NCBI GenBank assembly: GCA_964568755.1 | Contig: CAZMRX010000001.1 | Location: 1 to 52,808 of the forward strand | Origin: an uncultured Acidobacteriota bacterium | GTDB lineage: Bacteria > Acidobacteriota > Vicinamibacteria > Fen-336 | DNA: 52,808 bases | Direction: 5' to 3' | In this document: positions 16,397-26,572 of the stretch, piece by piece | Layout: every line of letters starts with the position of its first letter | Numbering within the stretch: position 1 is the stretch's first letter | Translations under genes and position numbers: made by a program | The notes under the pieces: generated by a model | The model's input: the letters and a program-made list of their open reading frames with translations, nothing else | Databases searched by the model: none | What the model was told of the DNA's origin: nothing

Positions 16397-19300
16397 ATGA
16401 TCGGACAGACGGTCGGCCACTACGAGGTCGAAGAGCGCCTCGGCGGCGGCGGCATGGGCGTCGTCTACCGGGCGCGCGACCGCAAGCTCGGCCGCCAGGT
16501 GGCGCTCAAGTTCCTGTCCTCGCACCTGGTGGCGAGCGAGCGCGCCAAGCAGCGCTTCATGGCCGAGGCGCGCGCCGCCTCTGCGCTCGACCACCCGGCG
16601 ATCGCCACGATCCACGCGATCGAGGAGACGAAGGACGGCGAGCTCTACATCGTGATGGCCTACTACGAGGGCGAGACGATCGCCACGCGGCTCTCGCGGC
16701 GCGGTGCGATCCCGGTGGGCCAGGCGATCGAGCTCGCGCTGCAGGCGGCCGAGGGCCTGGCGCGCGCCCACGAGAGCGGCATCGTGCACCGCGACGTCAA
16801 GCCCGCCAACCTGATGCTCACGGCGGACGAGCGTCTGAAGGTGCTCGACTTCGGGCTCGCCAAGGTCGAGGACGTGCGCCTGACGGACGCCGGCACCACG
16901 CTCGGGACGCCGGCCTACATGTCCCCCGAGCAGGCGCGCGGCGCCCCGCTCGACCACCGCACCGACGTCTGGTCGCTCGGGGTCGTGCTCTACGAGATGC
17001 TGACCGGGCGCCTGCCGTTCACCGGCGAGCACCGCGAGCAGGTGCTCGAGGCCGTGCGCCATGCCGACCCCTTGCCCCCGAGCCGCCTTGCCAGCGTGCC
17101 GCCCGAGCTCGAGGCGGTCGTGCTGCGGGCGCTCAGCCGCGCTCCTGCCGCGCGCCAGCCGACGATGGCCGCGTTCCTGGGCGAGCTGCGCGCGGTGCGC
17201 GACTCGCGCATCGGAGCCTCCAGCGCGGACACGCTGGTGCGCCCGGCCTCCCCGACCGAGCGCGACGCGCCCACGGCGGCCCCGACGGATCGTTCGACGA
17301 TGCCGTCGGGAGAGCGTCGCTTCGTGAGCGTGCTCGCGTGCGACGTGGCCGACATCCTCTCGCTGTCCGAGGACACCGACCCCGAGGAGCTGCGCGAGGT
17401 GCTGGCGCGCTGCCACGAGACGGGCGCCGCCGTGGTGCGGCGGCTCGACGGGCACCTGGCGAAGGCCGACGAGGGCCGCCTGGTGGCCTACTTCGGCTAC
17501 CCGGTGGCGCACGAGGACGACGCGCAGCGCGCGGTGCGTGCCGCGATGGCGATCGTCGCCGAGCTGTCGCGGCCGGACTCGCCCCGCGGACCGGCATCCG
17601 CCCCGCTGCTGCCCCGGGCCGCCGTCCACACCGGCCTGATGGTCGCGGGCGACGCACGCTCGTCGGGCGCCGGCCTGGTGGGCAACGCCCCGGCGATCGC
17701 CGCGCGCCTCGTCGAGCGGGCGCAGCCCGGCTCGGTGCTCGTGAGCTCCGACACCCGCCCGCTGGTCGAGCGGCTGTTCGAGCTGGAGGAGGCGGGCGAG
17801 CTGGCGCTGCCCGGGCTCAGCCGGCCGGTGACGCTCGCGCGCGTGCTGTGCGAGAGCAGCGCGGAGTCGAGCGGGATCTCGCGGGCCGCGCTCACGCCGT
17901 TCGTGGGCCGCGAGGAGGACCTGGCGCTGGTGCTGGCGCGCTTCGAGCTCGCGCGCGAAGGACACGGCCAGGCGGTGCTGGTCTCCGGCGAGCCCGGGAT
18001 CGGCAAGTCGCGGCTGCTTTTCGAGCTCGGCGAGCGCCTGCGCGACGCGCCCCACTTCCTGCTCGAGTGCCGATCCTCGCCCTACCACACCAACCACGCG
18101 CTCCACCCCGTGATCGAGATGCTGTCCCGGCTCGCCCGGCTCGAGGACGCGCACACGCCTGACGAGAAGCGCGAGCGCCTGACGCGCGCGCTCGAGCCCG
18201 TGGGGGCCAGCCCCGAGACGGTGGCGCTCCTGACCGACGCGCTGTCGCTCCCGCCGGACGAGGCGCGCTCGCCGCTCGAGCTCACGCCGCAGAAGCGCAA
18301 GCAGAAGACGCTCGAGGCGATGCTGCAGCTGGTGCTGGCGGCGTCGGCGCGCAAGCCCGTGCTGCTGGTGGTGGAGGACCTGCACTGGCTGGATCCCTCG
18401 AGCGACGAGGTGCTGGAAGCGGTGGTGCGCCAGGCGACCGGCGCCGCGGTGCTCGTGATCGCCACCGCGCGGCCGGGCGCGAGCCCCAGCTGGGCGAGCG
18501 AGGAGCACGTGACCCGCCTCGCGCTGCGCCGGCTCTCGCGGCTGCAGACCGAGCGGCTGGTCGAGCGCGTCGCCGGCAAGGGCGGGCTGCCCGCCGCGAT
18601 CGTGGAGCAGGTGCTGAGCCGCACCGACGGCGTCCCGCTGTTCGCCGAGGAGCTGACGCGCGCGATCTGCGATGCCGCGGCGGTCCAGGATTCCGGCCAG
18701 CGGCCCACGGCCGAGGCGCTCGCCACGTTCGTGCCCGCGACGCTGCAGGAGTCGCTGGCCGCACGCCTCGACCGGCTCGGCCCCGCGAAAGGCACGGCCC
18801 AGCTGGCCGCCGTGCTCGGGCGCGAGTTCCCGCTGCGCTGGCTCGAGGCCGTCACGCCGCTGTCGGCCGACGCGCTGCGCGGCGAGCTCGAGAAGCTGGT
18901 CGACTCGGGTCTGCTCCAGCCGCGCGGACCCGCGCCGGCGTCCACCTACCTGTTCAAGCACGGTCTGGTGCAGGAAGCGGCCTACGCGTCGCTGCTCAAG
19001 ACGACGCGCCAGCAGTACCACGAGCGGGTGGCGCGCGCGCTCGAGGAGCGCTTCCCGGAGACGGCGAAAGCGCAGCCGCACCTCCTGGCGCACCACCTCA
19101 CGGAGGCCGGCCAAGCCCCCGCCGCGATCGTGTGGTGGTCGCGCGCCGCGGATCGGGCGGGCGACCGCTTCGCGAGCCGCGAGGCCGTGGCCAACCTGCG
19201 GCGGGCGCTCGACCTGCTGCCGACGCTGCCCGAGGGTCGTGAGCGCGACGGATACGAGCTGGGCCTCCAGATGGGCGTGTGTGCTCTGCTCCCGAGCGTG

Positions 19301-20482
19301 AGCGGCTACACCTCGGCCGAGACCGAGCAGGCCTACCTGCGGGCGCAGGAGCTGTGCGACCGCGCGGGCCGCGTGGCCGAGAACTTCTTCGTCCACCATG
19401 GGCTCTGGGCTTTCCACCTGGTGTGCGGCCGGCTCGAGGTCGCGCACGAGCGGGCGCGGGCGCTCCTCGATGCGGGGCTCGAGCGAGGCGACACGCTCTC
19501 GGTCCTCGACGGTCACTACGCGCTCGGCTGCACGCTCGCCGACATCGGAGAGACCGAGGCCTCGCTCCACCACCTCGAGCGGGGAACCGCCGTGGACGAA
19601 GCCGATCCCGGCCGGGCCCCGAGCTACCACGCCGGGATGGAGCTGGGCATCACGACACCGGCGTTCGCGGTGATGCCGCTGTGGCTGCTCGGCCGCCCCG
19701 ACGCCGCCCTCGAGCGCGCCCGGCGCACCGCCGAGAAGGCGCGGGCGCTCGGCCACCCGCTGAGCCTCGCTTTCGCGCTCTACTACGTCACCTGGGCCCA
19801 CGTGCACCGGGGCGAGGCGGCGCGGGCCGCGGAGAGCGCGAGAGAGATCCTGAGGCTGTCCGAGGAGCACGGGCTGTTCTTCGGGCCGCTCGGCGGGGCG
19901 ATGCTGGGCTGGGCGCTCGACCAGGAGGCCTCGCTGGTCGCCGCGTGGCGCGCACCGCGACCGATGGAGGCCGAGGCGTCCCCGGCCAGCGACGAGGACT
20001 TCGAGCGCGTCGCGATGAGCCTGCGCCTCTACCAGGGCTCGGGCGCGGTGCTGAACGTCCCGTTCATGCTCTGGCTGGTGGCGCTCGGCCACGCGCGGCG
20101 CCGCCGTTTCGCCGAGGCCCGTGCGGCGGTGGACGAGGCGCTCAGGGTGGTGGCCGAGACGAAGGAGACCTGGTGGCAGGCCGAGCTGCTGCGGCTCTCC
20201 GGCGAGCTGGCGCTCGCGCTCGCGGCCGGCAGCGAAGCCGGACAGGCCGCGGCGCGCGACGAGGCCGAAGCCGCGTTCGCGCGCGCCGGCGAGATCGCCG
20301 CGAGCCAGAAGGCGCTCGCGCTCGAGCTGCGCGCGGCGGCGAGCCTGGCGCGGCTGCGGAAGGACCGGGGCCGGGCGAAAGACGGCAACGCCGCCCTGGC
20401 CGCGGTGCTCGCGCGCTTCGCCGAAGGCCACGCCACCGGCGACCTCGTCGCCGCGCGCGCGCTGCTCGCCGAGCTCCAGTAG
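16397..20482 (+). CDS. Multidomain sensor: Ser/Thr protein kinase, class III cyclase-homology domain, AAA/STAND ATPase and TPR-like helical repeats
   Basis: 1361 aa. Kinase motifs: LGGGGMGVVY, VALKFL, HRDVKPANLM, DFGLAK, MSPEQ. Cyclase-like block around aa 307-483: RRFVSVLACDVADILS...GRLVAYFGYP...AVHTGLMVAGD. P-loop LVSGEPGIGKSRLL with LLVVEDLHWLD. The C-terminal roughly 450 aa are helical repeats. Confidence 0.85.
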   Translation: MIGQTVGHYEVEERLGGGGMGVVYRARDRKLGRQVALKFLSSHLVASERAKQRFMAEARAASALDHPAIATIHAIEETKDGELYIVMAYYEGETIATRLSRRGAIPVGQAIELALQAAEGLARAHESGIVHRDVKPANLMLTADERLKVLDFGLAKVEDVRLTDAGTTLGTPAYMSPEQARGAPLDHRTDVWSLGVVLYEMLTGRLPFTGEHREQVLEAVRHADPLPPSRLASVPPELEAVVLRALSRAPAARQPTMAAFLGELRAVRDSRIGASSADTLVRPASPTERDAPTAAPTDRSTMPSGERRFVSVLACDVADILSLSEDTDPEELREVLARCHETGAAVVRRLDGHLAKADEGRLVAYFGYPVAHEDDAQRAVRAAMAIVAELSRPDSPRGPASAPLLPRAAVHTGLMVAGDARSSGAGLVGNAPAIAARLVERAQPGSVLVSSDTRPLVERLFELEEAGELALPGLSRPVTLARVLCESSAESSGISRAALTPFVGREEDLALVLARFELAREGHGQAVLVSGEPGIGKSRLLFELGERLRDAPHFLLECRSSPYHTNHALHPVIEMLSRLARLEDAHTPDEKRERLTRALEPVGASPETVALLTDALSLPPDEARSPLELTPQKRKQKTLEAMLQLVLAASARKPVLLVVEDLHWLDPSSDEVLEAVVRQATGAAVLVIATARPGASPSWASEEHVTRLALRRLSRLQTERLVERVAGKGGLPAAIVEQVLSRTDGVPLFAEELTRAICDAAAVQDSGQRPTAEALATFVPATLQESLAARLDRLGPAKGTAQLAAVLGREFPLRWLEAVTPLSADALRGELEKLVDSGLLQPRGPAPASTYLFKHGLVQEAAYASLLKTTRQQYHERVARALEERFPETAKAQPHLLAHHLTEAGQAPAAIVWWSRAADRAGDRFASREAVANLRRALDLLPTLPEGRERDGYELGLQMGVCALLPSVSGYTSAETEQAYLRAQELCDRAGRVAENFFVHHGLWAFHLVCGRLEVAHERARALLDAGLERGDTLSVLDGHYALGCTLADIGETEASLHHLERGTAVDEADPGRAPSYHAGMELGITTPAFAVMPLWLLGRPDAALERARRTAEKARALGHPLSLAFALYYVTWAHVHRGEAARAAESAREILRLSEEHGLFFGPLGGAMLGWALDQEASLVAAWRAPRPMEAEASPASDEDFERVAMSLRLYQGSGAVLNVPFMLWLVALGHARRRRFAEARAAVDEALRVVAETKETWWQAELLRLSGELALALAAGSEAGQAAARDEAEAAFARAGEIAASQKALALELRAAASLARLRKDRGRAKDGNAALAAVLARFAEGHATGDLVAARALLAELQ

Positions 20483-20511
20483 CCTCGGGGCCGACTCGCC
20501 CGGCTTCCAGC

Positions 20512-22839
20512 ATGCCCACGCTTCGCGGCTTCATCCTTCACCCGACCTACCGGGTCGAGGCGGGCGCGCCGGTCCTTCACCTGTACGGGCGGCTCGAGGA
20601 CGCGCGGCCGTTCCTGGTGCGCGAACGCCGGCTGGTGCCGCGCTTCTACGTCGAGTCGCAGGACTCGGAGCGGGCCAGAACCAAGGGCGCGGTACGGCAG
20701 GCGCCCACCGACCAGGTCACGCTCGCGGGGCGACCCGTCGCGCGGGTCGAGGTGGCCGAGCCCGGGGACGTCCCCGCGCTGCGCGAGCGGCTGGCGCGGG
20801 CGGGGGTCGCGACGTACGAGGCGGACGTGCGCTTCGCGATGCGGCACCTGATCGACCGCGGCATCCGCGGGTCCGTCGAGATCCGGGGCGAGGGCCGCGA
20901 GACGCCCGGCACGGGCGTCGTCTTCGAGGATCCCGAGCTCGTGCCCGCCGACTGGACGCCGCGGCTGCGCGTGCTCTCGATCGACATCGAGACCGATCCC
21001 CTGGCGCGCCGCCTGCTCGCGATCGGCCTTCACGGCTGCTCGGCCTCGGAGGTGCTGCTGCTGACCGCCGAGGGCCGCCCGTGTCCGGACGGCGCCCGCC
21101 CTTTCGCCACCCAGCGCGACCTGCTCCAAGGCTTCTGCGCGCGCGTGCGCGAGCTCGACCCCGACGTGCTGACCGGCTGGAACGTCGTCGACTTCGACCT
21201 GGCCGTGCTCGACCGCGTCGCGCGAGCCGAGCGCGTCCCGCTCGCGCTCGGCCGCGGGCCGGAGCCGCTGCGGCTGCGACCGATGGCCGGCACGCGCGGC
21301 GCGCTGCAGGCGAGCCTGCCCGATCGCGTGGTGCTCGACGGCATCCGCCTGCTGCGCGGCGCCTTCGTGCGGATGGACGACTACGGCCTCGACGCCGTCG
21401 CGCGCGCGGTGCTGGGCGAGGGCAAGACGCTCGCCGGCCACGGGCGCGCGGAGGAGATCCTGCGCCTGTTCGAGGAGGACCGCGAGCGGCTGGTGCTCTA
21501 CAACCGCACCGACGCACGCCTCGCGCTCGAGATCCTCGAGCGGCTGCGGCTCGTGGAGCTCGCGGTCGAGCGAAGCCGGCTCACCGGCCTGCCGCTCGAC
21601 CGGGTCGCTTCGTCGATCGCGGCCTTCGACTTCCTGTACCTCTCGGCTCTCGGAAGGCGCCACGTGGTCGCCCCGAGCGTGCGCGCGTCGGGCGAGACGG
21701 TGGAGCCGCAGACCGGCGGCCACGTGCTCGAGCCGCTCCCCGGCCTCTACACGAACGTCGTCGTGCTCGACTTCAAGAGCCTCTATCCGAGCCTGATCCG
21801 CACCTTCGAGATCGACCCCCTCAACCTGATCCGACCCGAGGCCGGACAGGCGGGAGACGAGGCGATCGTGGCCCCGAGCGGAGCCGCCTTCGCACGCCGC
21901 AAGGGCCTGCTGAGCGAGATCCTCGACGAGCTGATGCCGCGGCGCGAGGAGGCGCGCCGCGCGGGCGACACCGTCAAGAGCCACGCGATCAAGATCCTGA
22001 TGAACTCCTTCTATGGCGTGCTCGGGACGCCGGCCTGCCGCTTCTACGACCCGCGCCTCGCCAACGCGATCACCGGGTTCGGGCGCGAGCTGCTGCTCTG
22101 GTGCCAGGCGCGAATCGAGAAGGGCGGCCGGCGCGTGCTCTACGGCGACACCGACAGCCTGTTCGTGGAGACGGGCGCCGCGGACGCCGCCGCGGCCCGA
22201 GGCGTCGGCGAGTCGCTCGCGGCCGAGCTCAACCGCGATCTCGAACGGCACATCCAGGCGCGCTGGCGCGTGACCAGCCGGCTCGAGCTCGCCTTCGACC
22301 GGCTGTATCTGCGCCTGTGCCTGCCGGCCATGCGCGGCGGCACCGCGGGGGCGCGCAAGCGCTACGCCGGCCTCGTCGACGCGGCGGCGGGCGCGCGCGT
22401 CGTCTTCACCGGCATGGAAGCGGTCCGCGGCGATTGGACCGAGCTCGCCAAGCAGGTGCAGCGCGAGCTGTACGCGCGGCTCTTCGGCGACCGGCCGGTC
22501 TTCGAGTACCTGCGTGGAGTGGTCGCCGAGCTGCGCAATGGCGCGCACGACGACCTTCTGGTGTACCGCAAGGCGCTGCGCAAGCCGCCCGAGGCCTACA
22601 CCGCGACGACGCCCCCGCACGTGGCGGCCGCGCGCAAGATGCCGGGGAAGACCCGCGGCCGGGTGGCCTACGTCGTCACCACCGACGGCCCCGAGCCCGC
22701 TGACGAGCGGCGCCACCCGATCGACTACGAGCACTACGTCGAGCGGCAGCTGCGCGCGGTCGCCGAGCCCGTCCTGCTGCTCCTCGGCCAGGACTGGGAC
22801 GACGTCTCGGGCTCGCGGAAGCAGCTCTCGCTGTTCTGA
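20512..22839 (+). CDS. polB: Family-B DNA polymerase (Pol II type)
   Basis: 775 aa from ATG 20512. Exo I motif LSIDIETD. Pol motifs A LDFKSLYPSLI, B KILMNSFYG and C YGDTDSLFV. Size and layout resemble E. coli Pol II. Confidence 0.85.
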   Translation: MPTLRGFILHPTYRVEAGAPVLHLYGRLEDARPFLVRERRLVPRFYVESQDSERARTKGAVRQAPTDQVTLAGRPVARVEVAEPGDVPALRERLARAGVATYEADVRFAMRHLIDRGIRGSVEIRGEGRETPGTGVVFEDPELVPADWTPRLRVLSIDIETDPLARRLLAIGLHGCSASEVLLLTAEGRPCPDGARPFATQRDLLQGFCARVRELDPDVLTGWNVVDFDLAVLDRVARAERVPLALGRGPEPLRLRPMAGTRGALQASLPDRVVLDGIRLLRGAFVRMDDYGLDAVARAVLGEGKTLAGHGRAEEILRLFEEDRERLVLYNRTDARLALEILERLRLVELAVERSRLTGLPLDRVASSIAAFDFLYLSALGRRHVVAPSVRASGETVEPQTGGHVLEPLPGLYTNVVVLDFKSLYPSLIRTFEIDPLNLIRPEAGQAGDEAIVAPSGAAFARRKGLLSEILDELMPRREEARRAGDTVKSHAIKILMNSFYGVLGTPACRFYDPRLANAITGFGRELLLWCQARIEKGGRRVLYGDTDSLFVETGAADAAAARGVGESLAAELNRDLERHIQARWRVTSRLELAFDRLYLRLCLPAMRGGTAGARKRYAGLVDAAAGARVVFTGMEAVRGDWTELAKQVQRELYARLFGDRPVFEYLRGVVAELRNGAHDDLLVYRKALRKPPEAYTATTPPHVAAARKMPGKTRGRVAYVVTTDGPEPADERRHPIDYEHYVERQLRAVAEPVLLLLGQDWDDVSGSRKQLSLF

Positions 22840-22847
22840 GCCCGGCC

Positions 22848-23819
22848 TCAGCGCGCGTTCGCGGGGAGGATCTGGAGCGCGCTGCGGCTGCCGCCGGGCG
22901 CGAAGTAGCCGGTGCGGTGGCGGACCTGCAGGCTGCCCTGCCGCGTCCTGACCGCGATCCGCCGGAAGCGGCCGTCGGCGCTCGGGTTGAGCGGCACGTA
23001 GCCGACGCCGTAGAGCGTGCGCAGCTCGGAAGCGATGCGGTCGTAAGCCCCGTCTAGCTCGACGAGCGAGCGCGGGAAGTAGGCGCGGCCGCCGGTCTCG
23101 CGCGCGAGCGCCGTCAGCACGTAGGTCGGCACGGTGGGCGCGGGATGCCCCGGCACCGGCGGCGTCAGCAGGCCGATCGTGTAGATCACCACGCCGGAGC
23201 GGCGCGCGAGGTCGATCAGCTGCTCGTCGTCGACCATCGAGGCGGTGTCCTCGCCGTCCGAGAGCACCACGATCGCGCGCCGCTGCATCGCGTCGGGGTC
23301 GTGGCGGCGCGCCTGGTCCTTGAGCGTGACGTAGAGCGCGTTGTAGAGAGCGGTGTCGCCCAGCGGCGAGACCGCGTCCACCGCGCGCTCGAGCGCCGCG
23401 ACGTCCCCCGTCGACTCCTGGAGCACGCGCAGGCTGCGGCTGAACTGGGCGACCTCGGCCTCGTCCCCCGGCCCGAGGGTTCGCAGCAGGCGCTGAGCCG
23501 CGCGCTTGGCGACGGGCAGGACCGTCCCCATCGAGCCCGAGGCGTCGAGCATCACGTGCAGACGGATCGGCCACTCCTCCTGCGCGAACAGGCTGATGGG
23601 CTGGGGAACGCCGTCCTCGAGCAGCGTGATGTCGTCGGGGTTGAGCCCTGCGACCTGGCGGCCGCCCGCGTCGGTGACCACGAGGTTCAGGCTCACCACC
23701 TCGACGCCGACGGCGAACGTCGGTACACGCGGCTGGCTCCCGGCCTGGAGCGTTCCGGCCGCGAGCGCCAGCAGCAGCGCTCCCCCGCCGGCTCGAAGCG
23801 TCCCTGACTGGTGCCCCAT
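22848..23819 (-). CDS. Secreted von Willebrand factor A (VWA) domain protein, acidobacterial VWFA-related type
   Basis: 323 aa with a signal peptide. N-terminal beta-sandwich-like region (FAVGVEVVSLNLVVTDAGGRQVAGLNPDDITLLEDGVPQ) followed by the MIDAS motif LDASGSM. This architecture is the one I associate with TIGR03436. Confidence 0.75.
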   Translation of the reverse strand: MGHQSGTLRAGGGALLLALAAGTLQAGSQPRVPTFAVGVEVVSLNLVVTDAGGRQVAGLNPDDITLLEDGVPQPISLFAQEEWPIRLHVMLDASGSMGTVLPVAKRAAQRLLRTLGPGDEAEVAQFSRSLRVLQESTGDVAALERAVDAVSPLGDTALYNALYVTLKDQARRHDPDAMQRRAIVVLSDGEDTASMVDDEQLIDLARRSGVVIYTIGLLTPPVPGHPAPTVPTYVLTALARETGGRAYFPRSLVELDGAYDRIASELRTLYGVGYVPLNPSADGRFRRIAVRTRQGSLQVRHRTGYFAPGGSRSALQILPANAR

Positions 23820-24007
23820 CGCGTCCCCCGGCTCGCGGAGGGTGCAAGACGCGTTCCGAGTGGCGAGCGGCGACCATCCGCAGCCGCGTCAATGCGTTGC
23901 CGGGTCGCCGTCACCTCGGACTCACGCGACGCGAAGGCGGGCGTCCGCTTTTCGGAATCCGGACGAGCGGGCCCGTCGCGAGTGTTTTCGGGACCGGCGC
24001 CAGGCGG

Positions 24008-24667
24008 TTACTTCGGCTGCGGCACGATCCGCAGGTAGGGCTTGGGCGCCTTCCAGCCCGCGGGGTACTTCTCCTTGGCCTCGGCGTCCGAGACCGCGGG
24101 GACGATGATCACGTCCTCGCCCTGCTTCCAGTTCACCGGCGTCGCCACCTTGTGCTTCGCCGTGAGCTGGCAGGAGTCCAGGATCCGCAGGACCTCGTCG
24201 AAGTTGCGCCCGGTGCTCATCGGGTACGTGAGCATGGCCTTGATCTTCTTGTCCGGCCCCACCACGAACACCGAACGGACCGTGGCGTTGTCGGCCGCGG
24301 TGCGGCCCTGCGAGGTGCTCCCGGCTTCTTCCGGCAGCATGTCGTAGGCCTTGGCGACCTTGAGCTCGGGGTCGCCGATCATCGGGTAGGTGACCTTGTG
24401 GCCCTGGGTCTCCTCGATGTCCTTCGACCAGCGCACGTGGTCGTCCACGGGGTCGACGCTCAGGCCGATGATCTTCGTGTTGCGCTTGTCGAACTCGCTC
24501 TTGAGCGAGGCCATGTAGCCGAGCTCGGTGGTGCAAACCGGCGTGAAGTCCTTCGGGTGCGAGAACAGGATCGCCCAGCCCTGGCCGATCCACTCGTGGA
24601 AGTCGACCGGCCCCTGGGTGGTGTCCGCCTTGAAGTTCGGAGCCTCACTGTTTATGCGCAAAGCCAT
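24008..24667 (-). CDS. 1-Cys peroxiredoxin (Prx6 subfamily)
   Basis: 219 aa. Contains MALRINSEAPNF...WAILFSHPKDFTPVCTTE, the canonical peroxidatic-Cys motif. Confidence 0.9.
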   Translation of the reverse strand: MALRINSEAPNFKADTTQGPVDFHEWIGQGWAILFSHPKDFTPVCTTELGYMASLKSEFDKRNTKIIGLSVDPVDDHVRWSKDIEETQGHKVTYPMIGDPELKVAKAYDMLPEEAGSTSQGRTAADNATVRSVFVVGPDKKIKAMLTYPMSTGRNFDEVLRILDSCQLTAKHKVATPVNWKQGEDVIIVPAVSDAEAKEKYPAGWKAPKPYLRIVPQPK

Positions 24668-24742
24668 GCAATCCTCCCCAACTGTTCTTTGCCACCGAAC
24701 ATACCACCCCGACGGCGGGACGGGCCAGCTCCCAACGAGAGC

Positions 24743-25906
24743 TCAGGCCAGCCTGCGAATGTCGGCGAGCGAGTCGGGGATCAGGAACGTGACCTCGCCG
24801 TTCCAGCTGCGGTGGATCAGGCCCTGGAACAGCAGCCGGCTGACGCTTTCGTCCACCCGGCCGGGCATGTCGTCGATCGCCCGGTGCGAGAAGCGCACGA
24901 TGCCGAGCAGGACCGCCTTCAGCAGGCGGTGCCCGAGCACCGGCGGGATCTTGACGCGCGCGCAGCCCTCGGCCCCGATCAGGTCTTGCATGTAGATCCG
25001 CGGCACCACGCCGAATCCGGCGAGGCGCCAGGCGCGCGGGATCATGTCCTGCAGCATCCGCAGGTTGGCCCACGCGAGCTCGACGCCCTTGGGGTTCGCT
25101 TCCGGGCCCACGTAGTGACGCCGCTTGAAGGCCGCGTAGAACTCGGCCGCCTCGGCGACGCTGGCCGGCACCCACTCGCCGCTCTCGGGCCGTCCCGCGG
25201 GGTGGATCCCGACCAGCTGGGAGTAGATCCGCCACAGGTAGTAGAGGTCCTCTTCCTCGTCGGGCCGCAGCCCCACGCCGAGGATGCGCATGCCGTCGAT
25301 CACCAGGTAGGAGAAGCCCATCACGGTCGCGAGCATGTCCTCGAGGTTGATGGGCGGCCCGTAGCGCGCGACGTCGAAGGGCGGCTTCATCTGCCGCAGC
25401 ACGAGCGCGCGGATCGCGGCGTGCATCAGCCGCATCTTCTGGGCGGTGGTGATCGCCTTGCCGCCCGGCTCGAAGCCGCGCGGCGACGACACGTTCACCA
25501 CCATCTGCAGCACGCCCAGCAGGCGCCGATACGGGTGGCGCTTGAGGTCCTCCGACAGGCTGAGGATCTCGCCGAAGGACGGCGCCGAGTACCCCTCCGG
25601 CAGCGACTTGGCGAGCAGCACCAACGCCGCCGGGAAGGCGTGCTTCATCCAGATGAACTCGCCGCGAGAGATGCGCGCGAGGTCCGTGCCGGGCGGCAGC
25701 GCCCGGGTGGTGGCGAAGAACTCGACGAGAGCTGCGGGCGCTCCCTCGGGCACGCGGTCGTCGTTGGAGGTGACGTGGCGGAACAGCGCCGCCGAGCCCG
25801 CGGCGCCGCCCTCCGTGAACAGGCGTTTCACGCAGGCGTCGGCCTCGTCGTCGACGTGGCGGCGGATCTCGTCGAGGAATGCGTCTTCCGACCAGCGCGT
25901 GGGCAT
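24743..25906 (-). CDS. MpaB / DUF2236-family oxygenase (rubber-oxygenase/Lcp superfamily)
   Basis: 387 aa, all-helical, with the DUF2236-like core ...KRHPYRRLLGVLQMVVNV...TAQKMRLMHAAIR.... Its start lies 3 nt after the stop of the upstream membrane-protein gene. Confidence 0.55.
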   Translation of the reverse strand: MPTRWSEDAFLDEIRRHVDDEADACVKRLFTEGGAAGSAALFRHVTSNDDRVPEGAPAALVEFFATTRALPPGTDLARISRGEFIWMKHAFPAALVLLAKSLPEGYSAPSFGEILSLSEDLKRHPYRRLLGVLQMVVNVSSPRGFEPGGKAITTAQKMRLMHAAIRALVLRQMKPPFDVARYGPPINLEDMLATVMGFSYLVIDGMRILGVGLRPDEEEDLYYLWRIYSQLVGIHPAGRPESGEWVPASVAEAAEFYAAFKRRHYVGPEANPKGVELAWANLRMLQDMIPRAWRLAGFGVVPRIYMQDLIGAEGCARVKIPPVLGHRLLKAVLLGIVRFSHRAIDDMPGRVDESVSRLLFQGLIHRSWNGEVTFLIPDSLADIRRLA

Positions 25907-25909
25907 GGC

Positions 25910-26572
25910 TCAGGCCGCCCCCGGGACCCGGCGCGTGTGGAACAGCCACACGTAGTAGACGTCGAGCACCAGCGTCACCGCGCACAGCGTCTGCAGGAAG
26001 TGGTTCTCGGGATACACGAGCACGCAGAAGCCGATCACCAGGCCGTTGCCGAGCAGCTTGCACCAGGCGACGAAGGGCGAGTAGGGCGTGCGGTCGCGCT
26101 CGCGGAAGAACTGCGGGATGTAGAGCGCCGACATCAGCAGCGTCGCCATGTAGCCGGAGACGAGGCCGGTCGAGGTGTCGTAGCCCTGGCGAACCATCAG
26201 GTAGATCGTCCCCGTGAAGGCCAGGATCGCGAGGACCACCGACACGCGGAAGTACTCGCGCAGCTTCGGCGTCTGGAGGTGCCGAACGCCGTAGCGCAGC
26301 AGGCCCCAGACGATGAACACGTCGAGCAGGAACCAGAGGCGGTAGCCCCAGACGAAGATCTCCCCGAGGTCGGTGCGGTAGACGATCCCCCACGTGAACT
26401 CCCAGGCGATGTTGACGCAGACGGCCGTGGCCGGGATCTCGACGAACTTGTTGCGCACGATCTCGCGCAGCACGCCCATGTAGGCGAGCGCCCACGCGAT
26501 CCCGCCGGCCGCGAAGAACAGCAGCTCCGGGGTCGAGTACTTCGCGGTGTTGATCAGCGGCTCGGGGCTCAT
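25910..26572 (-). CDS. 7-TM membrane protein, paralog B; candidate Pyr4/PaxB-type transmembrane terpene cyclase
   Basis: 220 aa from ATG 26572, which forms an ATGA overlap with paralog A. About 7 hydrophobic helices. Conserved NIAWEF in TM2 and LVLDVYY in the last TM. About 45% identical by eye to the adjacent gene. Confidence 0.55.
   Translation of the reverse strand: MSPEPLINTAKYSTPELLFFAAGGIAWALAYMGVLREIVRNKFVEIPATAVCVNIAWEFTWGIVYRTDLGEIFVWGYRLWFLLDVFIVWGLLRYGVRHLQTPKLREYFRVSVVLAILAFTGTIYLMVRQGYDTSTGLVSGYMATLLMSALYIPQFFRERDRTPYSPFVAWCKLLGNGLVIGFCVLVYPENHFLQTLCAVTLVLDVYYVWLFHTRRVPGAA

Noticed and set aside
15593-20431. 1612-aa minus-strand ORF opposite the kinase gene
   Set aside because: It is a shadow ORF. 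The plus-strand product has complete kinase, P-loop and TPR motifs, whereas the minus-strand product is Arg/Gly/Ala-rich with no motifs.
20029-23892. 1287-aa minus-strand ORF opposite polB
   Set aside because: It is a shadow ORF. polB on the plus strand carries all exonuclease and polymerase motifs. Only the last part (22848-23819, in another frame) is a real minus-strand gene, the VWA protein.
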